From positions 129,804 through 193,803 of the forward strand of contig MGEI01000004.1 in the NCBI GenBank assembly GCA_001791305.1: DNA of 64,000 nt, in the 5' to 3' direction. This stretch comes from Candidatus Uhrbacteria bacterium RIFCSPLOWO2_01_FULL_47_17 (GTDB taxonomy: Bacteria; Patescibacteriota; Patescibacteriia; UBA9934; GWF2-40-263). Position 1 is the first letter of the stretch; every line of letters begins with the position of its first letter. Under the pieces are notes generated by a model. That model was not told the DNA's origin. It was given only the letters and a program-made list of their open reading frames with translations, and ran no database searches. This document shows positions 16,328 through 28,537 of the stretch, piece after piece. Made by a program: the position numbers and the translations under genes.

Positions 16328-17692
16328 ATGAAAATTTCGTTTTACGGTGCCGCGGAGGAAGTTACGGGATCTTGTCATTTACTGACAGCGAATGATGCAC
16401 ATGGCCAGGAACACCATTTGCTTATTGATTGCGGCATGTTTCAAGGCGAACAATTGTGCGCGACCAAAAACAAGAAACCGTTTGTGTTTGATGTTTCAAA
16501 GATCGACAGTGTTTTTGTAACACATCCACACGCAGACCATACAGGACGGTTGCCTGTTCTTGTCAAAGCCGGATTTAAAGGAAACATCTACCTGACAGAA
16601 CCGTGTCTCAGTCTCACACGTTTGGTTCTTGAGGATGCACATCATATCATGGAAGAGGACGCAAAGAAATGCGGAAGCCCAACCATTTATGAACTCGAAG
16701 ACTTGCACGGCGTATTTGATCAAGCGAAACAGGTTGCGTATCACGAAGAAGTAACGGTTGCTCCTGGAATTACGGTTATGTTTCATGATGCTGGTCACGT
16801 TCTTGGTTCCGCGTATATTTCAATCGAAGCAGAAGGGAAACGTGTTGTCTTCTCGGGAGATATTGGAAATGATGACGTGCCGATTCTTCCGCCAACAGAT
16901 CCCATCTCACATGCCGATGTAGTTGTGTGCGAATCGACCTACGGACACAGGGTTCACGAAGATCCAGCGACGCGTTCGAGTTTGTTGAAAGATGCTATGG
17001 TCGAATCGCTCAAACAAAATGGTGTTCTTCTTATTCCCGCATTCTCCATTGAGCGTACACAAGAAGTACTCTACGAAATGGATTTGATTTTACGTGAATT
17101 AAAAACCAAAGAACCGATTTACCTTGATAGCCCGATGGCGATTAAAGCCACACAGCTTTACCGCGATTTCAAAGCGTACCTCAGATTTCAATCGCCAATT
17201 CTCGATGAACCCGACCGCGACTTTTTCTCATTTCCAAATTTACACGAGACACTCTCGACCGATGCATCGAAGCAAATCAACGACGCGCCTGCACCAAAAA
17301 TCATCATTGCCGGTTCTGGCATGATGAACGGTGGGCGCATCATGCATCACCTTCAGCGATACTTGCCAATCGCATCGACAACGATTCTCGTGATTGGATA
17401 TCAGGCGGCAGGGACACTTGGTCGTCAGATTTTTGAAGGCGCAAAGACGGTCAGGATTTATGGAAAGCCCGTTGAAGTGCGTGCAAAGATTCAAGGAATC
17501 GGTGCGTTCTCCGCGCATGGAGATCAAAATAAACTCACGCGCTGGCTTAAACCGGAAGACGGCGTCATGCCAAAAAAGATTTTTTTGGTGCATGGAGATG
17601 AGGATGCGAAAGTGGAGTTTGCAAAGCATCTTCGTGAGGAGTTGAAGACGGAGGTGTTAATTCCGGGGGAAGGAGAGACACACGAATGTTAA
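16328..17692 (+). CDS. MBL-fold beta-CASP family ribonuclease (RNase J / CPSF-like)
   Basis: HPHADHTG (HxHxDH) metallo-beta-lactamase motif, beta-CASP region, C-terminal motifs H and GD. Confidence 0.7.
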   Translation: MKISFYGAAEEVTGSCHLLTANDAHGQEHHLLIDCGMFQGEQLCATKNKKPFVFDVSKIDSVFVTHPHADHTGRLPVLVKAGFKGNIYLTEPCLSLTRLVLEDAHHIMEEDAKKCGSPTIYELEDLHGVFDQAKQVAYHEEVTVAPGITVMFHDAGHVLGSAYISIEAEGKRVVFSGDIGNDDVPILPPTDPISHADVVVCESTYGHRVHEDPATRSSLLKDAMVESLKQNGVLLIPAFSIERTQEVLYEMDLILRELKTKEPIYLDSPMAIKATQLYRDFKAYLRFQSPILDEPDRDFFSFPNLHETLSTDASKQINDAPAPKIIIAGSGMMNGGRIMHHLQRYLPIASTTILVIGYQAAGTLGRQIFEGAKTVRIYGKPVEVRAKIQGIGAFSAHGDQNKLTRWLKPEDGVMPKKIFLVHGDEDAKVEFAKHLREELKTEVLIPGEGETHEC

Positions 17693-17696
17693 ACAC

Positions 17697-17730
17697 AAAA
17701 CCGCTTGTATGAGCGGTTTTACTTTTTCAA
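17697..17730. terminator. bidirectional terminator between the MBL RNase (+) and fic (-)
   Basis: aaaccgct-tgtatg-agcggttt hairpin with flanking A/T runs. Confidence 0.6.
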
Positions 17731-18312
17731 TCCGACAAAAACAATTTTTTGCATTGGCTTGTAATTTTGTTCCATGCCTTTTACACACGCACTCAGATAT
17801 TCTTTATGCGGCGCAACACTCCAGTCAATCGGTTGATACCCGATCGTACACACCATCAGATCGAGGAACAGACGAATTGTTCGGCCATTACCTTCACGAA
17901 ACGGATGAATCGCATTTAACTCGCAATGAACGAGCGCAATCTTTTTTGCGACGACAGACTTTGAATCCGTCTCGATCGGGATATTCTCTTGAAACAACTT
18001 CTCGAATTCTTTCATGACCTGAGTCAGATAATTCGATGAACAAAAAAGCGTTCCGTTCTTTGAGATATCGACCGTGCGGAGTTTGCCCGCCCAAGTGTAA
18101 AGTGTCCCGAGGAAGTATTGGTGGATTTCGAAGAGCAAAGCAAGATCAATTCTGAGCTTGCTTTCTCGAAGCGCATCCATAAAATGATCGTTTGTGCGTT
18201 GAAGAAGAAGGGTTTCCGTATCACCAAGATCTTTTTCATCTTTGATATCAAGTTTGTTGTTGAGAATCCATGCTTCATCGCCGGCAGCGTTATACCGAGA
18301 TTTTGATGCCAT
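17719..18312 (-). CDS. Fic/Doc family protein (AMPylating toxin-like)
   Basis: Canonical Fic motif HPFREGNGRTIRLF; 197 aa; ATG at 18312. Confidence 0.8.
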   Translation of the reverse strand: MASKSRYNAAGDEAWILNNKLDIKDEKDLGDTETLLLQRTNDHFMDALRESKLRIDLALLFEIHQYFLGTLYTWAGKLRTVDISKNGTLFCSSNYLTQVMKEFEKLFQENIPIETDSKSVVAKKIALVHCELNAIHPFREGNGRTIRLFLDLMVCTIGYQPIDWSVAPHKEYLSACVKGMEQNYKPMQKIVFVGLKK

Positions 18313-18439
18313 ACTTTTTAAGTTTGCGAATCATCGCTATATTTTTTCTTGCACGAGCCAAACTCAACCCTTCCATTTTGGAAGACTGTGCGACTGCCTG
18401 GTCTCTCATTTTTTTGGTAATGACACGAGTTTTTTTCAT
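18290..18439 (-). CDS. putative small antitoxin-like protein (50 aa) overlapping the fic start
   Basis: ATG at 18439 in frame with track ORF 18290..18790; MKKTRVITKKMRDQAVAQSSKMEGLSLARARKNIAMIRKLKKYGIKISV; overlaps fic by 23 nt; basic, beta-strand then helix, possibly RHH-like. Confidence 0.25.
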   Translation of the reverse strand: MKKTRVITKKMRDQAVAQSSKMEGLSLARARKNIAMIRKLKKYGIKISV

Positions 18440-18542
18440 ATTCGTTAACCCTATTTTATCACAAAATACTCGATGAGGCAAAAAGAAAAAACGTCCGCTG
18501 CGTTGCCTTTCGTCAATATTTCCGCTACGATACGCATCGACT

Positions 18543-20333
18543 ATGAAAGATCTCTTGCACATCCGGAACTTCTGTATTATTGCCCATATTGACCACGGAA
18601 AGTCGACCCTGTCGGATCGACTTTTAGAATTGACAGGGACGGTGGAGCATCGAAACATGAAGGCACAGATTCTCGACTCAATGGATATTGAACGCGAACG
18701 CGGAATCACCATCAAACTCGCGCCGGCGCAGATGGCATATAAAGGATTGATCTTAAACCTGATCGACACGCCGGGGCATGTGGATTTCAACTACGAAGTT
18801 TCGCGTTCACTCGCGGCTGTGGAAGGCGCCGTGCTTCTCGTAGACTCAACGCAAGGTGTGCAAGCGCAGACGATCGGAAATTTGTATCTCGCCATTGAAG
18901 AAGGACTCACGATTATTCCCGTTTTGAACAAGATCGATCTTCCCGCATCGGATGTTCCTCGACGCACACAAGAAATTATCAAGTTGATCGGTTGCGATCC
19001 ATCCGAGATTCTCGCTGTAAGCGGAAAAACGGGTGAGGGAGTTCTCGCATTGCTTGATAGAATAATCGAGAAAGTGCCGCCGCCAAAAGGTGATGTCGAG
19101 AAGCCGCTTCGTGCGCTCATCTTCGATTCATTTTACGACGACTATCGCGGCGTTATGGCGTATGTTCGTGTTGTAGATGGTTCGTTCAAGACGGGAGAGA
19201 AGATTAAATTTATGGCGACCGGTGCCGAGGTCGAGATTCTCGAAGTTGGAGCTGTTACGCCAAATGGTCGTATTCCACAGCATGAACTCGAAACCGGTCA
19301 GATCGGGTATGTCGTAACAGGGCTCAAAACGATCGCCCACTGTCGCGTCGGAGATACAATCACATTGGCCGATGCAAAAGTCGAATCGCTTGGCGGATAT
19401 CGTGAAGTGAAACCGATGGTGTTTGCGGGCGTGTTCCCAGCAGAGGGCGATAACTTTGGACGATTGCGCGAGGCGATGGAGCGTTTGAAATTGAACGACT
19501 CCGCGCTTGTATATGAACCTGAACATTCTCCTGCACTCGGATACGGATTTCGTTGCGGCCTCCTTGGGATGCTTCACCTCGAAATTCTCAAAGAACGTCT
19601 CGAACGCGAGTTCAACATTGAACTTGTCGTCACAGTTCCGTCCGTTGCGTACAATGTGTTCAAGCGAAACGGTGAAGTGTTCATGATCAAAAGTCCGCTC
19701 GAACTTCCGGATGTTTCGCATATTGAAAAGATTGATGAACCGTGGGTGACAGCCGACATTGTGACACCAACGGATTATGTTGGAGGCGTCATGCAACTTG
19801 TTCAGGATCGTCGAGGAATTTATAAGAACACCGAGTATCTTTCCGAGAATCGCGCGATCCTCCATTACGAAATACCACTGTCCATGATCATTGTGGATTT
19901 TTACGACAAACTGAAAAGTGTGACGGCTGGTTACGCGTCGCTCAATTATGATTTGAAAGATTATCGCGAAGCGGATGTTGTGAAGATGGATATTTTGGTG
20001 GCGGAAGAGCCTGTCGAAGCATTTGCGACTTTGGTGTATCGTAATGAAGCAGAGCGTTCTGGGCGTCGTATTGTAAAGTCGCTCAAGGAATCCATTCCAC
20101 GCGAAAATTTTGTGATTAAACTCCAGGCCGCGATCGGGGGAAAGATTATTGCGAGTGAACAAATTTCGGCTGTGCGAAAAGATGTGACGGCTGGATTGTA
20201 CGGAGGAGATGTAACACGCAAACGCAAACTTCTCGAAAAACAAAAAAAAGGAAAAGCCCGCATGTCCGAAATGGGTCGTGGTCGTGTCACGATTCCGACT
20301 GATGCATATTTAAAAGTTTTGAAGAGGGATTAA
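18543..20333 (+). CDS. lepA: elongation factor 4 (LepA)
   Basis: GTPase G1 AHIDHGKST, DTPGHVDF, NKID; full-length LepA-specific C-terminal domain. Confidence 0.95.
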   Translation: MKDLLHIRNFCIIAHIDHGKSTLSDRLLELTGTVEHRNMKAQILDSMDIERERGITIKLAPAQMAYKGLILNLIDTPGHVDFNYEVSRSLAAVEGAVLLVDSTQGVQAQTIGNLYLAIEEGLTIIPVLNKIDLPASDVPRRTQEIIKLIGCDPSEILAVSGKTGEGVLALLDRIIEKVPPPKGDVEKPLRALIFDSFYDDYRGVMAYVRVVDGSFKTGEKIKFMATGAEVEILEVGAVTPNGRIPQHELETGQIGYVVTGLKTIAHCRVGDTITLADAKVESLGGYREVKPMVFAGVFPAEGDNFGRLREAMERLKLNDSALVYEPEHSPALGYGFRCGLLGMLHLEILKERLEREFNIELVVTVPSVAYNVFKRNGEVFMIKSPLELPDVSHIEKIDEPWVTADIVTPTDYVGGVMQLVQDRRGIYKNTEYLSENRAILHYEIPLSMIIVDFYDKLKSVTAGYASLNYDLKDYREADVVKMDILVAEEPVEAFATLVYRNEAERSGRRIVKSLKESIPRENFVIKLQAAIGGKIIASEQISAVRKDVTAGLYGGDVTRKRKLLEKQKKGKARMSEMGRGRVTIPTDAYLKVLKRD

Positions 20334-20334
20334 T

Positions 20335-20427
20335 ATGAACAAAAAATCCACACGAATCTTTTGGACAATTATTTCTGTGATTGTCATCGCAAGCATGGTC
20401 ATGTCATCGATGTTGTTTGCGTTTTAA
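20335..20427 (+). CDS. small hydrophobic peptide (30 aa)
   Basis: GAGGGA SD then ATG 20335, 2 nt after the lepA stop; MNKKSTRIFWTIISVIVIASMVMSSMLFAF; TAA 2 nt before the recJ ATG; not in the ORF track (<60 aa). Confidence 0.3.
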   Translation: MNKKSTRIFWTIISVIVIASMVMSSMLFAF

Positions 20428-20428
20428 T

Positions 20429-22177
20429 ATGTCCAAACTCTGGCTCGCCGCTGATCCTGCTCCGGCAGAATTTTTTGCACAATTTCCGGAGCTTCATCCG
20501 GTCCTTTTGCAATTGCTTTATCATCGCGGGATCAAAACACAAGAGCAAATCGATATTTTTCTCGGACCTGATTGGAGTCGCGATACATGTGCGCCATCAA
20601 CGTTTCGAAATATGTCGGTCGCGGTTTCTTGTGTGTTCGATGCATTCTCGAAAGGAGAAGTGATCACGATTCATGGTGATTATGATGCAGACGGTGTGTG
20701 TGGATCTACCGTGCTTGTGACGACACTGCGGGATATTTCTCGAGCATTGAAGTTCGACGAATCAAAAATTGAATACTACATTCCGCATCGCGAGCTTGAG
20801 GGATACGGCTTTTCGACGGACACCGTCGAGCAACTGCGCGAGAAAACTAAACTCGTCATCACCGTCGATTGCGGCATCTCAAACAAACCCGCGATCGATC
20901 TCGCAAAGTCTTACGGAATTGACACGATCGTGTGTGATCATCACACCATGCCAAAAGAATTGCCCGAATCTGCGATTTTGATCCATCCGCTTGTACCTGG
21001 GGAGACATTCTCAAACAAGCACTTGTGCGGCACAGGAGTCGCGTTCAAACTCGCTAGCGCGCTTATCGACGAGGCTCGCGTTCGTGGCGCGGATTTTCCA
21101 ATCGGTCACGAAAAGTGGTTGCTCGATTTGGTTGCGATCGCGACCGTGACGGATATGGTTCCGCTTGTGGGCGAGAATCGCGTGCTTGAGATTTTTGGCC
21201 TTCTCGTCCTCAACAAAACAAAACGTCCAGGCTTGCGTGCGCTCATTGAGATTGCCGGCGGAAAGCTCGGCGAGCTCGACACGACCTCGATCGGGTTTCA
21301 AATCGGCCCGCGTTTGAATGCGGCAGGTCGCATGGCGCATGCGTACGATGCGCTTGAGCTCATGATCGAAGAGGACGAAACGAAAGCGGTTGAGAAGGCG
21401 ATGAAACTTCAGGCAACGAATAAAGCACGACAAGCGCGTTCTGATGAAATGTACAAAGAGGCAAAGAGTCAGCTTGTTGTCCCGCCAGAGGGTTGTATTA
21501 TTTTGTATCAAGATGGATGGCAAGCGGGACTTGTCGGTCTTGTGGCGGGAAAATTAGTGAATGAATACGGACTTCCAACATTTATTTTTGGAAAAGAGGG
21601 GAACCATTATATTGGTTCGGGAAGAAGTACGGATCGTGTTGATTTGATGCCAGCCCTGCATGCAGCAGCCGCGCATCTTGAAAAATATGGTGGGCATCCA
21701 CAAGCATGCGGACTTTCCATTCGGAGCTGCGAAGACTATGAAGCGGCAACAAAAATCATGCGCGAAACGCTTGCGGCAAGTATGGCCGTTGGAGATGGGT
21801 TCGCGCTTCTTCCCATTGACGCGGACATGAAGCTTGAGGATGTCTCTTGGGATCTTGTTTCAAGTTTGGAAAAATGCAAACCGTTCGGCATGGGAAACCC
21901 CTCGCCTATTTTTGCTGCGCGCTCCGTAACGGTGGTTGGCCTTTCAACGGTTGGCGCCGATGGCAAACATTTGCGTCTCACCATTCAATCACCAAACGGA
22001 AAGATTCTGAAGATGATCGGTTTCTCATTCGGATTTCATATTGAAACGCTTCATCTTGGTGATGTTCTTGATGTCGCATTTGAAGTGACCATAAACGAAT
22101 GGAATGGTAATCGAGAACTCCAAGGACGCATCATAGATTTACGAAAAAGCGTCGTCCATACCATTTTCGGAAAATAG
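20429..22177 (+). CDS. recJ: single-stranded-DNA-specific exonuclease RecJ
   Basis: DHH motifs (HGDYDADGVCG, DHH at CDHHT) and DHHA1 domain; ATG 20429 in frame with track ORF 20381. Confidence 0.85.
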   Translation: MSKLWLAADPAPAEFFAQFPELHPVLLQLLYHRGIKTQEQIDIFLGPDWSRDTCAPSTFRNMSVAVSCVFDAFSKGEVITIHGDYDADGVCGSTVLVTTLRDISRALKFDESKIEYYIPHRELEGYGFSTDTVEQLREKTKLVITVDCGISNKPAIDLAKSYGIDTIVCDHHTMPKELPESAILIHPLVPGETFSNKHLCGTGVAFKLASALIDEARVRGADFPIGHEKWLLDLVAIATVTDMVPLVGENRVLEIFGLLVLNKTKRPGLRALIEIAGGKLGELDTTSIGFQIGPRLNAAGRMAHAYDALELMIEEDETKAVEKAMKLQATNKARQARSDEMYKEAKSQLVVPPEGCIILYQDGWQAGLVGLVAGKLVNEYGLPTFIFGKEGNHYIGSGRSTDRVDLMPALHAAAAHLEKYGGHPQACGLSIRSCEDYEAATKIMRETLAASMAVGDGFALLPIDADMKLEDVSWDLVSSLEKCKPFGMGNPSPIFAARSVTVVGLSTVGADGKHLRLTIQSPNGKILKMIGFSFGFHIETLHLGDVLDVAFEVTINEWNGNRELQGRIIDLRKSVVHTIFGK

Positions 22178-22234
22178 AATGAAACCCACCCACAAACCGT
22201 GCATGAAATTTCATTGAACAAATTTTGATTCCTT

Positions 22235-22648
22235 ATGTCCAAACACGCTCACCTAAAAATCTTCACCGACGGTGGATCTCGTGGAAATCCAGGTCCCGCG
22301 GCATCCGGTGCGGTTTTGTATTCGGAAGACGGAGAAGTCGTTGCAACTGCCTCGAAATATCTCGGACGCGATACAAACAACCAGGCCGAATACATCGCGA
22401 TTGTGATTGGGCTTGAGAAGGCAAAATCTCTTGGTGCGGAGACACTCGAGTTGTGTATGGACTCTGAGCTCGCCGTAAAACAATTGAAAGGGGAATATAA
22501 AGTAAAGAATCCTGAAATCGCCAAACGGTTCCTCGAAGTCAAAAATTTGATTGCGCAATTTGATTACGTCAAAATAAAACACGTGCGCAGAGAGTTGAAT
22601 AAAGCCGCAGACGCGCTTGTGAATAAAGTTCTCGATGAACGTGCATAA
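22235..22648 (+). CDS. rnhA: ribonuclease HI
   Basis: IFTDGGSRGNPGPAASG...NNQAEYIAIVIGLE...MDSELAVKQL RNase H catalytic-fold motifs. Confidence 0.85.
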   Translation: MSKHAHLKIFTDGGSRGNPGPAASGAVLYSEDGEVVATASKYLGRDTNNQAEYIAIVIGLEKAKSLGAETLELCMDSELAVKQLKGEYKVKNPEIAKRFLEVKNLIAQFDYVKIKHVRRELNKAADALVNKVLDERA

Positions 22649-22705
22649 TCTTTTTCACGATCATGGTATGATGTTTCACGCATGAGAGTATTTTCAAGAG
22701 GACAG

Positions 22706-23710
22706 ATGAAAGGAAGAAAAAAACTGGTATGGGTGTTTGTTACGGTGATTTTTATCGGTTTGTTTTTTTTATTCAGCTTTACGCAGGCCGTTTCGCCAAA
22801 AATTCGTTTGGCTGTTCCATTTTCGATTCAAATTCCGAATGGAACGTGGGTTCAACCATTTAAAGATGCGTGTGAAGAAACATCCCTGCTCATGGTAAAT
22901 GCGTTTTATCAAAAAAAGACCTTTACAGATAAAAAGGATGTGGTGCGACAAATTCAAGAATTGGTTGCGCTTGAAGATAAGCTTTTTGGATTTAACAAAG
23001 ATACGAGTGCCGAGCTGATGGTGCGGCTTGTCAACAGATATTTGCCGTATGAAGCGCACGTGGTTCAGACGCCGACAAAAGAACTGTTGTTTGATGAATT
23101 GGATCATGGGCGCCCTGTGATCGTTCCTGTCAACGGAAAATTGTTGAAAAACAAATACTATCTTGATCCAAATCTTTTCTATCATGTCATTGTGCTGATC
23201 GGGTACGATGCAGAGACGGGAATGTTTATCACACACGATCCTGGTACAAAGCATGGGGATCAAATGCGTTATGCGATACAAACAATCATGTATGCAAATG
23301 CGGATTTTAATACAAATCCTAAAGGACCTCGTGGGAAAGTCATGATTTTTACGTCACCTATCCTGAAGGAAACAACAGATGGAGATGAAGATCAAGATGG
23401 TCTTTCAAAACAACAAGAAGTGGTGCATGGAACGAGTTTATCTACGTCCGATACCGATCGAGATGGTTTTCTTGATGGAGAGGAAGTGCTCGCTGGTTAC
23501 AGCCCGATAGTTGCAGAACCTTCTTTGCGCCAACCATTCTTGTTGCGCGCGCAAGGCACAAAACAGATTTATCGTGTTGAAGGGTCTGTGAAACGCCACG
23601 TGCGTTCTTTAGAGACCATGCGTGCACATGGCTGGAGGTTCGAGGATGTTGTACACGTTTCATCGCGCTTTGCCGAGACGTTTCCTGTTGGAAATGTTGT
23701 AGAGGATTGA
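22706..23710 (+). CDS. secreted C39-like (papain-fold) peptidase-domain protein with C-terminal acidic DxDxDG calcium-binding-type repeats
   Basis: AGAGGA SD then ATG 22706; signal/TM; catalytic Cys region FKDACEETSLLMVNAFY and His region YHVIVLIGYDAETGMFITHDPG resemble Peptidase_C39_2; TTDGDEDQDGL...DTDRDGFLDGEEV repeats. Confidence 0.5.
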   Translation: MKGRKKLVWVFVTVIFIGLFFLFSFTQAVSPKIRLAVPFSIQIPNGTWVQPFKDACEETSLLMVNAFYQKKTFTDKKDVVRQIQELVALEDKLFGFNKDTSAELMVRLVNRYLPYEAHVVQTPTKELLFDELDHGRPVIVPVNGKLLKNKYYLDPNLFYHVIVLIGYDAETGMFITHDPGTKHGDQMRYAIQTIMYANADFNTNPKGPRGKVMIFTSPILKETTDGDEDQDGLSKQQEVVHGTSLSTSDTDRDGFLDGEEVLAGYSPIVAEPSLRQPFLLRAQGTKQIYRVEGSVKRHVRSLETMRAHGWRFEDVVHVSSRFAETFPVGNVVED

Positions 23711-23762
23711 TAATCTTTTTGTACTACTCAATCTTTGTTTCTGGTGATATAATTGCACCACT

Positions 23763-24860
23763 ATGGGACTCTTCGGATCTTCAAAATCTAAAACATTTCT
23801 GGGAGTGGATATTGGCGGAAGTAGCATTAAAGTTGTTGAACTTGCAAATGAAAAAGGCCGCGCGCGTCTCATGACGTACGGGTATTTAGAGCTACCAGCA
23901 CAAGATGGTGGTGATGGTTTGTTTGATCAACCAAAAAAGGCGGGTGAGTTTTTGGCACGTGTGTGTAAAGAATCGGATGTGAAGGCAACGCAAGCCATGA
24001 CAGCTCTTCAATCTTCGAATGTCTTTTCGACGATTTTATCGTTACCAAAATCCAAAGATCCAAAAATGGTCAAACCCTTGATCGATGCGGAACTCGGCAA
24101 ACTCGCACCGTTGCCCGTGAATGAAATGATTACGTATTCCACCATGATTGATGGGGAGGGGGCGAAGGGAAAGGCGGAGAAGGCGGAAGGGGCGGAGAAG
24201 GCAAAAGAAGAGAAAGACAAATATACGCGGGTTCTCGTGACAGGTGCGGCGAAGACACTTGTGTCGAAGTATATTGAAATTTTTAAGACGGCCAAGTTGA
24301 GTTTGCAGGCGATTGATACAGAATCTTTTGCGCTTATTCGAGCGCTTATTGGAAAAGACAAGGGTGCCATCATGATTCTTGATCTTGGTTCAAAACGCAC
24401 AAATTTATTTATCGTGGAAAAGGGAATTCCGTTTGTGTCTCGAAGTATTAATATTGGAGGAGACTCGGTGACAAAGCGCATGGTTGAACAAATGCAATTG
24501 AATGAAGACGACGCTGAGCGGGCGAAACGTGATTTGGGTATTGCGGGTGGAAACGGTACGCTTCCAAAGATTCTCGAACCTATCATGCAGCCCATTGTGA
24601 ACGAGATTAAGTTTGCGTTTCAGTTATATGCCAACATGGAATTAACGGAACTCAAGCGTGTCGAGAAAATCATTTTAACCGGCGGATCTTCACACTTAGC
24701 ACATGTGCCGGAATATCTCTCGGAGACGCTCAACATGAATGTCTACCGCGGTGACCCTTGGGCACGAGTTGTGTATCCAAAAGACCTCGCGGTGGTTCTT
24801 GAGGAAATCGGCCCACGAATGGCCGTCGCGGTTGGTTTGGCAATGAGAGAGATGGAGTAA
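23763..24860 (+). CDS. pilM: type IV pilus assembly protein PilM (actin-like ATPase)
   Basis: FLGVDIGGSSIKVVEL N-terminal actin-fold phosphate-1 motif and overall PilM architecture; extended -10 gTGaTATAAT 23745-23753, about 10 nt before the ATG. Confidence 0.75.
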   Translation: MGLFGSSKSKTFLGVDIGGSSIKVVELANEKGRARLMTYGYLELPAQDGGDGLFDQPKKAGEFLARVCKESDVKATQAMTALQSSNVFSTILSLPKSKDPKMVKPLIDAELGKLAPLPVNEMITYSTMIDGEGAKGKAEKAEGAEKAKEEKDKYTRVLVTGAAKTLVSKYIEIFKTAKLSLQAIDTESFALIRALIGKDKGAIMILDLGSKRTNLFIVEKGIPFVSRSINIGGDSVTKRMVEQMQLNEDDAERAKRDLGIAGGNGTLPKILEPIMQPIVNEIKFAFQLYANMELTELKRVEKIILTGGSSHLAHVPEYLSETLNMNVYRGDPWARVVYPKDLAVVLEEIGPRMAVAVGLAMREME

Positions 24861-24861
24861 T

Positions 24862-25242
24862 ATGCCCCCAAAGAAAAAACCTTCACTGTTGATCGTCGAC
24901 CCCGATACGCATCTTGCGGATCTTTTGTCGAAGCGATTTTCCGCAGATGGTTGGACAGTCAGATCTGCAAAAAACGTTGAACAAGCCGAAAAACTTCTGA
25001 CACGCAAACCAAGTGATGTTGTGCTCGTGGATCCTTCAAAGGAATTGTTGCCAGAAGAAGTCATGGTAAAGCTCGTGGATAAAACCGCAAAAGGCGCGCG
25101 TACACTCATTCTTCATACTGCCGATTTCACCCGTAAAACCATTGCAGCATGGAAGCGAATTGAGGGAAGTGCTATGATTCGAAAAGGAGAACATTCTGTT
25201 TCGGAGTTTGTAAAACGGATCAAAAAAATAAAAAGCTTATAA
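24862..25242 (+). CDS. single-domain response-regulator receiver (CheY/PilH-like)
   Basis: GGAG SD; LLIVDPD ... VVLVDPS ... K pattern of REC domains; located between pilM and the pilin-like gene. Confidence 0.45.
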   Translation: MPPKKKPSLLIVDPDTHLADLLSKRFSADGWTVRSAKNVEQAEKLLTRKPSDVVLVDPSKELLPEEVMVKLVDKTAKGARTLILHTADFTRKTIAAWKRIEGSAMIRKGEHSVSEFVKRIKKIKSL

Positions 25243-25246
25243 ATGT

Positions 25247-25747
25247 ATGGATCCACAACCAAAAGTTACGCTTGTTGAGATTCTTGTTGTTGTCGCCATC
25301 ATTGCGCTTGTTGGGATGCTTGCGGCCGTTGCGGTTGGTTCGGCACGTTCAAAAGAACGCGACGCCACGCGACTTTCAAATGTCCGTCAAATCCAATCCG
25401 CTTTGGAGGATTATTTTAATGAAAACAATGCGTATCCGGAAGGTGAGGCTTTGCCACTTGGGGATTCTGCTCAAAGTGCGTGTCTTGGCATCACGGGATT
25501 TCACGCAGATTGCTCCACAGAAACCGCAACCATTATACGCGTTGTGCCCCGTACGTATGAATCTGGCCTTCCGGGAAAAGTTACGTGTGGAAATCCGGCC
25601 AGAAAAGCATTTTGCTACTCACTTCTGAGTGAAGGAAACGCTTACGCCATCCAATTCGAACTTGAAAATGCGCTGCCCGGTGCCGGCCTTCAAAAAGGTG
25701 TGAATTGTGCCGTGCCAGGCAAGATGGCGGCAGGTGCATGCCAATAA
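25247..25747 (+). CDS. type IV pilin-like / pseudopilin protein
   Basis: N-terminal KVTLVEILVVVAIIALVGML hydrophobic helix with conserved Glu5-like position, Cys pairs in the C-terminal region; atypical (no Gly at -1). Confidence 0.5.
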   Translation: MDPQPKVTLVEILVVVAIIALVGMLAAVAVGSARSKERDATRLSNVRQIQSALEDYFNENNAYPEGEALPLGDSAQSACLGITGFHADCSTETATIIRVVPRTYESGLPGKVTCGNPARKAFCYSLLSEGNAYAIQFELENALPGAGLQKGVNCAVPGKMAAGACQ

Positions 25748-25755
25748 AGGAATTC

Positions 25756-25784
25756 GTTGACAGTTTTTCAAAAATCCCGTATAA
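25756..25784 (+). promoter_or_regulatory. sigma-70-type promoter (TTGACA-17-TATAAC) for the XRE-like gene
   Basis: TTGACA 25756-25761, 17-nt spacer, TATAAC 25779-25784. Confidence 0.5.
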
Positions 25785-25846
25785 CCAACAAGCTAATCAA
25801 GGTGATTAGCTTTTCTGTTTCGCTCAAAAGAAGGATTGCGATACTC

Positions 25847-28226
<2,380 letters not shown>

Positions 28227-28227
<1 letters not shown>

Positions 28228-28535
28228 TGATTTTTCCTATGTTTACGACAGAAGACGTGAAGAAAATTGCGAAGCTTTCTCGATTACACATCACCGAGGA
28301 AGAAACGGAACAGTACCGTGAGAAACTCGGATCGATTTTGGAATATGTGGATCAGCTTCAAGAAGTGGACACAATGGGCGTGCCTGAGTTGCAACATGCG
28401 GTCGCGGTCGAGAACGTATTTCGATCAGACGAACCCTCGATTGATCTCGATGAACGCGCTCGAGCCATGGAAATGTTCTCAGCACGTAAAGGCGATTTGC
28501 TCGAAGTGCAGGCGGTTTTTTCTAAGGACGAATAA
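28227..28535 (+). CDS. gatC: Asp/Glu-tRNA(Asn/Gln) amidotransferase subunit C
   Basis: About 100 aa; position and partial motif (LSRLHITEEETEQYREKL...ILEYVDQL) typical of GatC; overlaps ligA stop (TAATGA). Confidence 0.75.
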
Positions 28536-28537
28536 GT

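Noticed and set aside
19128-20243. 371-aa minus-strand ORF
   Set aside because: It is antisense to lepA and has no domain features. lepA is unambiguous.
24008-24595. 195-aa minus-strand ORF
   Set aside because: It is antisense to pilM and low complexity.
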